51,410 nt of DNA from positions 1 through 51,410 of the forward strand of contig NIVC01004296.1 in the NCBI GenBank assembly GCA_002269645.1, read 5' to 3'. The stretch is from Macrostomum lignano (lineage: Eukaryota). Shown here piece after piece: positions 33,401 through 42,406 of this stretch (position 1 is its first letter; each line of letters opens with the position of its first letter). The notes under the pieces were generated by a model that was not told the DNA's origin, ran no database searches, and saw only the letters and a list, made by a program, of their open reading frames with translations. The position numbers were made by a program, and so were the translations under genes.

Positions 33401-34530
33401 CGAACGACTCAAAGCTGAGAACGAGCGACGCCGAGAGGAGAACAAACGGATGAAGGACGAGCTGGTTCGCGCGGCCGAGCAAGAAGAGAAAGCCAATGAG
33501 GAGCGGAAACGCGACGCGGAAGAGAAAGCCAGACTGGAAGACGAGAATCGCGAGCTCAAAGACAAGCTGGACAAGCAGAGACGCGAGAACGACGCTGAGG
33601 TGGACAAGTTGAAGCAGGAGAAGCGCCGGCTGGAGGACAAGCTGAGGAACATCAGGGACAAGTGAGGACTTCTTTGATATTGATACATTGACCCCCCTCA
33701 CCGAATTAGTGACCCTCTCACTGAATAAGTAACCCCTGTCACCAGAGTGGTGGCCTGTCACTAGAGTGGCCTGTCACCAGAGTGGCCTGTCACCAGACTG
33801 ACCCTGTGACCAGAGTGCCCCATGACACTAGAGTGACCTGTCGCCATAGTTACACCTGTCGCCATAGTTACACCTGTCGCCATAGTTACACCTGTCGCCA
33901 TGGTTACACCTGTCGCCATAGTTACACCTGTCGCCATAGTTACACCTGTCGCCATGGTTACACCTGTTGCCATAGTTACATGTACACCTGTCGCCATAGT
34001 TACACCAGTCGCCATAGTTACACCTGTCGCCATAGTTACACCAGTCGCCATAGTTACACCTGTCGCCATGGTTACACATGTCGCCATAGTTACATGTACA
34101 CCTGTCGCCATAGTTACACCTGTCGCCATAGTTACACCTGTCGCCATGGTTACACATGTCGCCATAGTTACACCTGTCGCCATAGTTACACCTGTCGCCA
34201 TAGTTACACCTGTCGCCATAGTTACACCTGTCGCCATAGTTACACCTGTCGCCATAGTTACACCTGTCGCCATGGTTACACCTGTCGCCATAGTTACACC
34301 TGTCGCCATAGTTACACCTGTCGCCATAGTTACACCTGTCGCCATAGTTACACCTGTCGCCATGGTTACACCTGTCGCCATAGTTACACCTGTCAACAAG
34401 GAAATCGATATAAACTTTAATGCAATTTCGCACCTCCTACTTGTACAATTTTTCTAGAATGGCCGACGGTCAAAAGAACTACAAGCACTTCCAAGGAGAA
34501 TTTGAAGAGCTGGCTAAACTTTGCGAGTGA
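18402..34530 (+). CDS. Q-rich coiled-coil protein of unknown identity; exons 18402-18772, 30479-31106, 31456-31809, 32474-32650, 33234-33661, 34458-34530
   Basis: All five introns are phase-compatible (intron 3 needs a GC donor); heptad-rich E/R/K/L segments (e.g. [35 protein letters not shown]); stop TGA at 34528-34530. Confidence 0.75.
18793..19024. repeat. G-rich 17/19-bp minisatellite (GGGAGTGAGGTGGGTGCC), left part
   Basis: The same array resumes at 29627-30428, so it is split by the LTR element. Confidence 0.9.
19025..19879 (-). repeat. 3' LTR (855 bp)
   Basis: Begins TGTAGAG and ends ACATCA on the minus strand; direct repeat of 28772-29626 (offset 9747); one difference found (19785 A vs 29532 T). 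Confidence 0.97.
19883..19894 (-). promoter_or_regulatory. Polypurine tract
   Basis: AAAAAAGGGAGA followed by TTT and the 3' LTR start. Confidence 0.85.
20007..20441 (-). CDS. 144-aa accessory ORF: N-myristoylation motif plus tandem RING fingers
   Basis: First ATG (context ATT-ATG-G) gives MGNALSK; RING1 C-x2-C-x12-C-x3-H-x2-C-x2-C-x12-C-x2-S; RING2 C-x2-C-x8-C-x3-H-x2-C-x2-C-x11-C-x2-C. The ORF-track start at 20453 is TTG. Confidence 0.85.
   Translation of the reverse strand: MGNALSKQAPQPQQLYDCPICLADDLAVKPPTICINGHKVCGQCLSNSHYIQPWQNCHVSRDSLRQCAYCYSWRTFQYCNHQHFICMHCLKQTASRGIIGCPLCNSMPRDCTFRKWCRIKPDATRCLRDIRVLTAICTEKFLEF
20562..28058 (-). CDS. Uninterrupted 2498-aa Gag-Env-Pol polyprotein
   Basis: CA-like N-terminus; CCHC knuckle 27312-27353; signal/TM 26148-26204; RRRR furin site 25206-25217; TM 24345-24410; protease DSG 24018-24026; RT YVDD 22764-22775; RNase H TDAS ~22320; integrase HHCC, D (21510), D (21321), E (21216); GPY. 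Confidence 0.97.
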   Translation of the reverse strand: MARRNPTVHRDIKETVGTFSMEKDFNTFVDHFDLVCREYNLQNPEKAQLLPPLLQGTAREIYGKLDAATQQNYPALIIQLRAHFNRCGTNRSVLLHKLHNRRMQATESFLAFVDDIRQIIKALHQPPLQAADQPPLGAAELAARERQRLMDREQNLILHVINNAQPSLRDRLLRENIETEEDLLRCGMQWEASAPLMTTGNNEVQKLTQQLNKLMQHQTAAIAEQKRRNEQASARCYYCGQEGHYQINCPHWSTRYDKPRQIFNNQKPQKSWQQYQNRQQQSIRRFGNDRRFGNNDRSGNDGRFGNEGRFRNNGYRPRNARYTQRQPTQAMPRYANAITYTPENEQQEQQVFTIDDLEMDFTVPELDISLIEKKTTHEDNTDKTEEANETEMIKLKETTGDSRENRKKVNHKKREEAESDTGNEEKRKTDEENNYESTTVDDDKTSTKDKEMKEEEECISYGNDHDCEVHDDTNGYRAEEGMQEELRAENLSSDSDQGYEIQWKDEEMEKEQMKEKPSSDSDECYEIRYKRNGEAYIQTVDYKTEKRYQTQWSETTETSEEAADEDTEITKEQSKSEAFRLNQPMEQPKEYDADMEDNEWQSQPMPAKTKARSKKWKNWLLWIIVILLIAVVAKATATEKPMICPTDAHIQPMIYKIPTDIKCSYFKTNQTKPKKITLDLYKANIKKHRQHGIVCFRDKHLVEKVWRGQWNRIRFKQHELHVSHAECLQWNQTLFSKDGQLEPDEKVGEAQLYRTKNSANGRYVHFSEAWTNYMTRNSYLIRNIPFYHNPFEKMESLQLQLSDCRYSKGWCPTPILRNEELYSLPLSPTYHQDYRWQIIRRGDSRYEEPSKSRQYFFAWEVEPEIDCKLQKYHTVEGGLLSNTFLAKSGDLALTFQKKPVEQKLKCKDTDKTLFISEQEIPVYVKDDDKQTFLAIINGTYQQQEQQNRRRRDIERPKLVSNRLLSAKITALDHNLHNQLNHLHRTLVQLTCKMHAINLNYARQNYYVNPTMTFRKITGMTNVLAVPIYEHLLIYKCTPIQHFNILPSNTSTTCYDKPRIEAFYEGKRIQGFLDTVHNIIVGTAIPRPCTTAANYYQLDDALHVIKTTGTTANITEPEVIVDETYDMDDLKIRFNRTKYTPFADIQLDEITPGWTINDFLQAFITQRKMIHQLFTRKDKGTGTGRFPVLVSMDSAIKSFWTNSFWELLNGRGSLYQGFIFYGACIVWIVTAIFIISSIVRCFTQTCPTAKKTVNAIMQRTTTEGDNSLELTETAHREVQGQPTLATRLYPSIPTTPTAPRIQPPNYQAEQQDPKWPENYVCTLHAEIGKAMAQVVINNLPCRALLDSGSSITVISKQLCSKLRLALRPATIAVAGAGGHSLNILGKADIDLRIANKHLTVPTYVIDRLPNQDVIVGIDTFKQLRLPLTFDFNKQTFKIDSVEQPLINQIRVLPKVTLQQDVIIQPESACWIKAKATNATEEAMIFDPNRRVTAKHQIMMPTALVLVAKDKQLPVQIFNPNAEMVHLRQGMCIGHLNTQASVMLIEHATPRITEEEFQKKINLDDSPITEQQKKKVRQLLWKYNEAFCHHDYDIGRAKDIKQEIKLLPHTEPIQCKPYPIAKHLQQHFDEIIDKMLKHGIISKAISAYSSPCLLVQKKETNERRLVCDFRLLNKYIPTDQQSLPKISELLAKLNTAKLFTVFDLRHGFWQIEIDKESRQYTAFKTYNGQVYEYNRSPMGLSNSPATMSRLTAYMLAGCTNLLHYVDDILAYGEDFERLYEATEKALALIQRQGLKLQPTKCKFFRDNVRYLGHQVTAKGISPDPDNVEKVKKFPTPTSITKVQSFLGLAQYFRKFLPNFAKTAKPLYDLLKFDKWKQDNWTQRQQESFDEIKRQLTSDALLQHPDFDKPFIIETDASGTGLGAVLLQETEDKKERPIAYVSRALKPNETKWSATERELLGVLFALRQFHYYIYGSPIQTIVRTDHAPLTYVVTTKGQTNNRLIRMTLKIQDYNYKLVYKPGITNKAADALSRAYEVNAIHPIPNIKELVDETERDNFYQAVKDDDKNIKLSPMERKFLRKQRQHLTINKSRLYWMSDNKPKIYVPYSFRQAILNELHDNPLAGHLSAAKTIARVEQYYFWPTMYGDIKQYCNNCHSCAASKTGRRQKPQLQSIPKSTTMDCLSIDITGPLPPSCLQGIAYTYILTALDIFSKFAIAIPIPDITAQTVAMSFFNEIICKYGTPKNLTSDNGSQFTSQLFQQVVKILNITQIYTSTYNPKANMVERFHRNLHEMITHFAHQQPEDWIIYLQSVTMAYNSAIHRSTDNTPFFLMFGRDFQPPNLLAQQLLPSQYVEIPTSIQKFVTQLHLAWKIAKHNIDNQVALTTGNDARSTTLTAGDIVYLHYPPQQTHKHAQKYKGPYRVVQLTSPTTARLANVQDPHQHQFYVHIHRLKKINTDTATFLPSLDNADRTRSTNRHIATKHKETQTTDVSQPHGYNLRPR
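28759..28769 (-). promoter_or_regulatory. Primer-binding site (tRNA-Trp-like)
   Basis: TGGTGATCTCG, 2 nt after the 5' LTR; pairs with the canonical eukaryotic tRNA-Trp 3' end if two G-U wobbles are allowed. Confidence 0.6.
28772..29626 (-). repeat. 5' LTR (855 bp)
   Basis: Direct repeat of 19025-19879; followed by the PBS. Confidence 0.97.
29408..29415 (-). promoter_or_regulatory. LTR TATA box
   Basis: TATAAATA on the minus strand about 210 nt into the LTR (also at 19661-19668). Confidence 0.65.
29627..30428. repeat. G-rich 17/19-bp minisatellite, right part
   Basis: Units GGGAGTGAGGTGGGTGCC and GGAAGTGAGGTGGGTGT. Confidence 0.95.
31164..31431. repeat. 20-bp minisatellite (CCGGAGTGAGGTGGGTGTTG), intron 2
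   Basis: About 13 near-perfect copies. Confidence 0.95.
31865..32460. repeat. 12-bp minisatellite (AACTCACTCATG), intron 3
   Basis: About 48 units; produces spurious MNSL/SEFM ORFs. Confidence 0.95.
32690..33220. repeat. ATCCCA(A/G)-type low-complexity repeat, intron 4
   Basis: 6-7-bp periodicity throughout. Confidence 0.9.
33830..34394. repeat. 18-bp minisatellite (GTTACACCTGTCGCCATA), intron 5
   Basis: About 30 units, preceded by degenerate related units from about 33700. Confidence 0.95.
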
Positions 34531-35022
34531 CTAAAAATGCAAAAACAAATTATATATTAACATTTTCGAAACAATATTTTTGGCTTATTGGTTTTTAACA
34601 ATTTATAAGGTACGATTTGACAATTTCCATATAAGTAAAACAAAGACAGGGTAATTTTTTGCTATTTCGTAATAATTTTGCAGAATTTCAAGTAAAAACT
34701 ATTTTCGTAGGCAATGTTCCTTCAAACTACTAATTGGCTGCCGTCAGTAGTAGTGAACAGTTGTTTTCCTTTAATACAATACATAAAATATTGTCGCTAA
34801 AAACCGACGAATATTTTCTCAAACAGCTAAAGATAAGATTTGATCGCAGACTCAAGCTGAGTAGCCGTTCACCGCCCCGTCTTATCGCCGGCCTTCTTAT
34901 CTAGCTCTAGCAGAAACTCTCCAACCATATCTGCCCTAAGCTAATATAATACAAGTCTACTTCACTAAGTAGAACGGTTTGAAAAAATTGCCTGCAACCT
35001 AAAGCTAGATTAAGCTTGAATC

Positions 35023-36143
35023 ATGACAGAGTTTCAGCATGGACTGTTCGCCTGCTTTGATGACTGCGGTGAGCCAATGTGTTCTCTGTTAATACGTGTA
35101 TGATTGTCCAAGACATGTGGCATGGTACTGTGACGAATAGGAGAATAAGACGGATTTGTGTAGCGGTTAATTTAGATAGTTCACGATTAGTTGGCAGATC
35201 GGCAAGCCGCTTCAACCCTTAGACTTTTGCTAGTGCTACTTAAAATTGCTGGGTCAGTTAATTAACTAATTGGTGTGCCAAGGTAGACGGCGGAAGAGTT
35301 GGTGTATAGGAGGCCAGACAGCGTCACAGCTAAGGGTTAGCGAGCCTAGGTCTAGAGGCGAAGCAAGGGGAAGGGGGAGAGCGGCTGCTGACTGCAGTGT
35401 AAGCATATATTTAAAGGTAAACAGATAACAACAACACCCTTAATACAAAACCCAGACAAAAAACCCCCACGCGGCGCGCAATGTACATGTACAAATTAAT
35501 CGATAATATATATCGTGCAAGAATAACATCGCGTCAGTACATGTACATAGGTAGAACTACTTTACGAGAAACAATAACGATATGAATGAAATACAAATAA
35601 TAGAATAAATACATACGAGGCTACAAAAACAAAGCAATTAACAGTAAAAATAGCGCGATAATAATACGTACGAATATTGTTAAAATAAATGAAAGAATAC
35701 GGTATGCATATGAAAATAAAGAAATACGATACACGCGCTTCTACGAATCACACTGTCACAGTACACTATTGATTAAGTGACTGGGATACAGTATTCACTA
35801 CATGATTGAGATGCAGCATTGATTCAGTGACTGAAATATTATGCATACAAACTCAACCATAGGTCTCTGCCTTATCACCTATCTTGTGCCGTGCTACACC
35901 TTCGGCATGAACGCCGAGGCCGTTGGCGAGAATTGCTTCGTCTGCGGCCTGGGCATGGTCTGCGGCCTCAGCTTCATTCTTGGCCCAATGATTCGAAGCA
36001 AAATTCGCGAACGCCAAGGCATACCGGGCAGCTTCATGGCCGACTGTTGTATTTGGTTCTTCTGCGGCTTCTGCGCTCTGGTGCAGGAGGGCCTGGAGGT
36101 CAAGACGTTCGCTGCTAGGCCACAGCGCATCGAAAGGGAATAG
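35023..36143 (+). CDS. PLAC8/cornifelin-family Cys-rich protein, 108 aa; exons 35023-35068 and 35863-36143
   Basis: MTEFQHGLFACFDDCG joined in phase 1 to LCLITYLVPCYTFGMNAEAVGE...RSKIRERQGIPGSFMADCCIWFFCGFCALVQEGLEV, the typical PLAC8 pattern. Confidence 0.9.
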
Positions 36144-36265
36144 AAAACTCAACTGGATCTCTGTGATTAAATAATTTTGCTGTCATATGATTTTATAGAC
36201 TTTGTAGTTTTTATAGACTCCTTTCGAAGAATCCTAGGGGTCTGTTGTAACTTACCATTAACAGA

Positions 36266-37295
36266 CTCTGCGGAGAGCGGAATCGCTAGATAAAATGAGC
36301 AGGGGCGTAGCCAGAGGGGGGGCAAGGGGGGCCGTGGCCCCCCCCAATCACCAACTCTGGCCTTGGCGCCCCCCCCTCCCTAAAAGAAACTGGCGCCCCC
36401 CCCCTATAGGCGCCCCCCTAAAAAAAACTGGCGCCCCCCCCCCCTAAAAGAAACTGGTGCCCCCCCCCCCCTATAAGAAACTGGTGCCCCCCCCCTATAA
36501 GAAACTGGCGCCCCCCCCCCTAAAAGAAACTGACGCCCCCCCCCGTAAAAGAAACTGGCGCCCCTCCCTTCCCCCCTAAAAGAAACTGGCGCCCCCCCCC
36601 CTATAAGAAACTGGCGCCCCCCCCCCTAAAAGAAACTGGCGCCCCTCCTAAAAGAAACTGGCGCCGCCCCCTAAAAGAAACTGGCGGCCCCCCCCTAAAA
36701 GAAACTGGCGCCCCCCCCTTAAAGAAACTGGCGCCCCCCCCTCTAAAAGAAACTGGCGCCCCCCCCCTCTAAAAGAAACTGGCGCCCCCCCCTAAAAGAA
36801 ACTGGCGCCCCTCCCTAAAAGAAACTGGCGCCCCCTATAAGAAGCTGGCGCCCCCTAACTCAAGCCCCCCCCCCAATCAAAATTCCTGGCTACGCCCCTG
36901 AAAATGAGGCGGTGGGTTGAGGGAGGCTTGTTGCTGTGCAGTAATGAGCTCTGCGGAGAGCGGAATCGCTAGATAAAATGAGGTGGTGGGTAGAGGTAGG
37001 CTTGTGTATGTACACTGATGAACTCTGCGGAGTCGGAATCGCTGGATAAAATGGGGTGGTGGGTAGAGGTAGGCTTGTGTATGTACACTGATGAACTCTG
37101 CGGAGTCGGAATCGCTGGATAAAATGAGGTGGTGGGTAGAGGTAGGCTTGTGTATGTACACTGATGAACTCTGCGGAGTCGGAATCGCTGGATAAAATGG
37201 GGTGGTGGGTAGAGGTAGGCTTGTGTATGTACACTGATGAACTCTGCGGAGTGGGAATCGCTGGATAAAATGGGGTGGTGAGTAGAGGGAGGCTT
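36266..37295. repeat. 73-bp tandem repeat; first unit interrupted by a MITE
   Basis: Period 73 measured at 37023, 37096, 37169 and 37242. Confidence 0.85.
36300..36900. mobile_element. hAT-like MITE carrying an internal minisatellite (TAAAAGAAACTGGCGCCCCCC)n
   Basis: TIRs CAGGGGCGTAGCCAG / CTGGCTACGCCCCTG; 8-bp TSD AAAATGAG at 36292-36299 and 36901-36908. Confidence 0.9.
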
Positions 37296-38289
37296 GTTGG
37301 TGTTCTCATTGCTCTCAATAAAATTGGCTTATTTTTGTGTTGTATGTTGTTTTAAAAATGAAATGGCAATCTATGATTTACTCAGATCATCGTTTTACTT
37401 GATTTTTATATATGATGCAACTCAAGTTTTCTTATTTGCTCTCAGTAATTGCATCTTGTCAATCTACAGCGTGAAGCTTATCCCGCGCTTGGAATGAAAA
37501 TTGGAAGATAATTAAGCATCATAATTATCGTAATTAAGCATCGTAAAGTACTCTTATTGCTTGTTATTATAATAAATCTCGATTGTTGTAGACTGTATAG
37601 CTACGAGCATAAGTTAAATGTCCAAAATACGCTCGTAAACTTTCATATTCATTAAAATCTAATTGACTACTTCCGATGTTGATGATAAGTATTTTTCTTT
37701 ACTTTATGGTCTTACCTTATAATAATTGATTACACCTGCCCTAATTGGCAGATGTGCAACCGACAGCTCAGCCGCAGCTATCGCGCGGCGCATCTGAAGG
37801 CTGCGTACGGCTGTTCAGTCCAACTTTAGTATATTTCTATTGGTACTTGTGTATATGGTTCTATTCTAATAATTTTAGTCAATCATTGACACATGGTCAA
37901 GCCCAAGGACAACTTAATAACTCAGGACCGGAAACGAGCCAATTCATGGCGAAAAAAGTATGAGGCTCTTGAAGCATTGTTCTATGGCCCATCCGAATGC
38001 GCATGCTTTCAGTTGCCAATGTATACTTGTATCATATTTGACTTTTTGATAGGCAGTCAGAAGGCGGGTGCAGGGTCGGTTTTCTTAAATGTTGAATAGT
38101 TTTATTACATAAAGTAACCGTCGTGAAAATGCACAATGGGAAAGCTGTACATGCAGCACATTTATAAGAAAACTCGAGAAAAATTTACGATTCTTTCTTC
38201 ATCTGAACTACAAACAGAGAGGAAAATAACAGTCACAGAATTGGACAAGAGCTGACCATGATAAATAGTGAAGTGTTTGCTCCAGGTTC

Positions 38290-41138
38290 GCTCACTGTCC
38301 ACTCAGCTTCAGTATTTTTCTATCGTGCACTTTATCCGGTGAAGGAGCGCTCTTTGCTCCTCGTTGAACATAACCATTGAAGAAACAGTTGGTGAGGCGC
38401 ACGCAGCATCCCAGAACATCTGCTTCAGGGAAGTAAAACTCGACAACGGCAGCAAACAATTTGCGCACTCGCAAAGCACATAACGGTGATCGCAGCGAAA
38501 TGAAGCATCCGAAACAAAGGCAAGCAAAATTGAACAGCCACTTTGGCGGGTGCTTCAACTTTCCCCGGGAAATCATTTCAGTGAATTCACCGAGTGCGGT
38601 GTTTAAATTTTCGGCAGGATCATCACCGGCAATTTTCTCCTTAAACGTTATGTAGCCTGAAATGTTATTATTATGCCTCAGTTGTCCTTCGCCTCAGCAA
38701 TCGTTATTTCCATCCAAGTTCAAGTACGAGCTAACACAAATGCATGCCTTACCTGCAATATCATAAACAGATGCCTTTTCGGCCATTGATAGGCTCTCAG
38801 CTTTGACGTAGCAGTCATCGAGCGTCGAAAGTTCTTCGTCTGAAAGGGGCGTGTCGCAGCAAAGTCCTTTGTTGTGCACGAATCCATCCAGCTCTAACAC
38901 TGTGTAGAGTTTCATTCGTCGGAGTCGAGCGCTGAGAAGAACTTGCTCTACTGAGATAAAGTAATTGCCTCCGCTCATTTGGCGATAAACACCAAATTCT
39001 GCTTCCAGAGGATCACTGTGCAACTCCGCTATGAGAATGTACGTTGCACCAGATTCGCAGAGCAGTCGTTCGCATAGTTCTATGATTGCATGAATAGTGT
39101 AAGCTAATGACCTCTTCGTCTCTGACGTCAGAGATTGGTGTCTTGTTCTTCCCTTTCCACTGCGCATCTCCTCAATCGATTCGCAAAGCGCGCGCAGGAA
39201 CTTGATGTTTGGATCTTGAACTGAATAGACAGCCCGTCTGTCTGGGTCATTAAGTCTAACATGAAGATGCGGGTTCTTGCAGTTCACAATTTTCCAGAAT
39301 TTTGAAATAACGTCAATGAATGCAGCTGTTCCATTCTTCCCGTCGCATTTTAGGGTGGCAGCAACATTGTCGCAGAAAACTTGAAGAGCTAAATTGACTT
39401 TAGTCTTTTGGACATTCGTTGGGAAACACGCTTCGTATGTAATGCCTGTACGCTTAACAATGTGATTTGCTTCAGATTTATACAGTTCTACAATGTGTGA
39501 CCACTTAGCCGTGACGACTGTTGTAGACTTGGGCAAACGAATGGTTAGCATTCCATCAGACTCAGACTGCCAATTGTTCCGAATTGACTTCAGAAGGTGT
39601 ACAACCAGTGGCGTAGGGAGGGGGGGATCAGGGGGGATGTATCCCCCCCGAAGAGCCTGACCAAAACTTTTTTGTTGCACTTTTTCGCTATACATGCTAC
39701 CATGTGAGCACTTTTACCTTGGTGTATCCCCCCGTAGGAAATTCACCTTGGTGTATCCCCCCGTAGGAAATTCCTGGCTACGCCCCTGTGTACAACATCA
39801 TGGAGCAAAAAGAAAGTAGACTCCTGTGATTCAGATTTGCCGATCCAAGGTTTTGTCTGTTGAGCAGCAAACATCGAGAAGCACTTTCTGTTTGTGGGAT
39901 GGTTGTCACACACAAGCGCTACATGTTGATTGACGAGTTGAATGCACTTTCGAAGCTGATGGTACAAAAAGTCGGCGGAAAGAAGAAAAATCGATATCAG
40001 CCTTGACAAATGCGACCTTTACGATCTCGTGTGCATCATTTTCAGTGCCAATCTCTCCTAGACCAGCCAACTGAGTGCGTAATGTGCGTTGGCAAAGGAA
40101 GGAGCGTCTGTGCATGCGCGTATGCAGAACTGCTAATCAGGTAAAGCAAAGCAGATTGGCGCATAGTGGCAATGTCGTATCGTCGATTGTTTGGGTGCGT
40201 TGTGGCGAACTCGAGTAGCTTCAGGATGAATGTAACTGATGTGTCCGGTACAACTCCATCGTGGTTAAAGGCAATAGAAAGGTTCTTAGATAATGCCCTC
40301 ACCTCACTTTCGACGTCCACTGTAGAGTTTTTACAACGATTTATGATAGCTTCAAGTTGCGACCAATACTTTAATGTTGGTTGACATCCAAGCAGATCTC
40401 GAACCGCAACTGGTGAGTGTAACCGAAAGCATCGCACGGAATAGTTTGGTGAAACGAAAACCCGCAGAACCATTTCGGCATTGGCGCTTAACGAGAAGAT
40501 AAACACCTCCTCTTGAACAATGGTAACAATAAGCTGATGTGCTTTGATGACGTCTGAACAGTGAATGGATGCTCGGAATTCAGTCCACGATGGCAGCGTG
40601 TCCCGCTCTCGAAATTCTACTAGTTCATCTTGGAAAAGGCATCGTTCGGACAGCAGCACGCCCCTTTCCTCAGCCTGTCGACTGGCACGCACTGCAATAT
40701 CCAAGCACGCTTCTTAGTGTTTCGTTTCGACCCTATTTGATGGAGTGCAAATATTTGAGCAGTAGAACTTCACAAACCTTGTGTTTGAACGAGGCAGGAC
40801 TGCGGGACTCCGTCGAAAACTGATGGTGGATGTAGCGGCCTTTCATTTCTTCCCTTTTTTATCATTGGTGCATCTTGAGGCCAGTGCTTAGCACACACGC
40901 CCATGTAGTCTGTCACGGTCTAAACAACAACAAAATTGCTAATGAATTAATGTGGCCAGGCTAAATCTGATTCACAAAGCACATTTGAAGAAAGTCTTAC
41001 CGTCAGTTGATTAGGCAGAGACAGTCGCCAAGCCTCTCGTTCAGTTGCATCTTTAGGAAACAAAAATACTGCAACATTCCGATCACGGTTACTATTGTAG
41101 TTTGCACAACAGAAAATGACGCTGCATTTTCTCGGCAT
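38290..41138 (-). pseudogene. THAP-domain P-element transposase, intron-containing, disrupted
   Basis: MPRKCSVIFCC...FLFP...W, intron 40920-41000, VCAKHW...PSVF; DVVH/LLKSIRNNW motif split by a MITE; DPLEAEFGVYRQMSGGNY; at least one frameshift near 40710. The 3' limit is approximate. Confidence 0.85.
39606..39788. mobile_element. hAT-like MITE inserted in the P transposase
   Basis: Ends CAGTGGCGTAG / CTACGCCCCTG; 8-bp TSD TGTACAAC at 39598-39605 and 39789-39796. Confidence 0.9.
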
Positions 41139-41460
41139 GATATTTAGTTTCAGCAAGAATAAAAGTTCTCTCTCTCAATTGCAAGTGCATGCGAAGAACT
41201 CGATCAATTTTCAGCTCAGATTTCTTCGCTTTCGTAGCACACGGATGGGCCATAGAACAATGCTTTTAAACGAGCCTCATACTTGTTTCGCCATGAATTG
41301 GCTCGTTTCCGGTCCTGAGTTATTAAGTTGTCCTTGGTCAAGCCTTCAAAAATGGCTCTCACTATCGGTTGTCTATGGCCAAAAAGCCATCTTTCACCAA
41401 TAACGCGACCGTGCGGTAAATTCCAGCCACTGTGTGGCAAATTCCCGCACGAATTCAAAC

Positions 41461-41601
41461 CAAGGACTACTTAAAAACTCAGGACGTTACACTCGCGAAT
41501 GATAGAAATTCTAGAAACGGGCGCTTGCTTTAGCTGTGTCTATGGCAATGAAGCCTTTTCACTAACATTCTTTCATATCCTGAGTTGTTAAGTAGTCCTT
41601 G
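41461..41601. mobile_element. 141-bp P-derived MITE
   Basis: TIRs CAAGGACTACTTAA(A/C)AACTCAGGA related to the adjacent P element; 8-bp TSD ATTCAAAC. Confidence 0.88.
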
Positions 41602-42275
41602 ATTCAAACTTTGAAATTTATTTCAAACAAATCTTAAACAATAAAACAAGCACAGACAGTGGTCAGATAACAAAACAAAGCAGTTTTTATTGCAAAAACT
41701 AGTGCACCAGGATGATACTTAGTGTAACAAACCTGACAGACGTGGCGTCGTTCAGATCTTGCTAAATGTGCAGTTACTGACTGGTCTGTGGAAATTGAAA
41801 ACAACTAAGTTGGATATGCAGACACAAACTTCCGAAAGAGGCCCAAGTAGAGAATTTCTTGTTGCTTTGTCCCTTCAACACAGTTGGTCTTCTCGAATTC
41901 ATGCAAATCCTGGTCCAACTCCGTCAGTGCAGCTTCTTCCTGGCCAGGTCCATCAATCTCCCATAACAATTCGAAGAGTCTGTTGCTTGCCTCGTCGAGA
42001 TAATCGTCATCGTCATCACCAAACACCCCGTTGCTCATCAACCAGCGCCATCACTCCATGCCAGTCCAAAGTCTGGTCTATCTCCGTAGCCGTAAGACCC
42101 GAAATCATTTCATCTCGAAATTTAGAGAGGTCAATAAGTCTAGCGGTTCGAGACATTTTCGGCTCCTGTCTTTCTTGTCTAGTCTCGTCTTTCTGGTCCA
42201 ACTCAAACTTTAAGTCACCGCTCTTATAATCTCTTAGTTTGTGGTAAAACTCCAGCTTCGTGTGAAAACCCTCGA

Positions 42276-42406
42276 TGTCTATGGCTATCCATCTATGTCT
42301 ATGGCTATCCATATATGTCTATGGCTATCCATCTATGTCTATGGCTATCCATCTATGTCTATGGCTATCCATCTATGTCTATGGCTATCCATCTATGTCT
42401 ATGGCT
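42276..42406. repeat. 20-bp minisatellite (TGTCTATGGCTATCCATCTA)
   Basis: About 6.5 copies. Confidence 0.9.

Larger units (their letters stand above)
37904..41336 (-). mobile_element. P-element superfamily DNA transposon, 3433 bp
   Basis: TIRs of about 92-95 bp starting CAAGGACAACTTAATAACTCAGGA (37904-37995, 41242-41336); 8-bp TSD GTCAAGCC. Confidence 0.92.

Noticed and set aside
29564-34457. Long repetitive ORFs (PGTHLT, MNSL, GVTMAT, CRHSYT etc.)
   Set aside because: Stop-free readings of intronic minisatellites; the true exons are accounted for.
42255-42295. AIDIEGF as a DEDD exonuclease motif I
   Set aside because: It abuts and partly derives from the 20-bp array, and no further Exo motifs follow.
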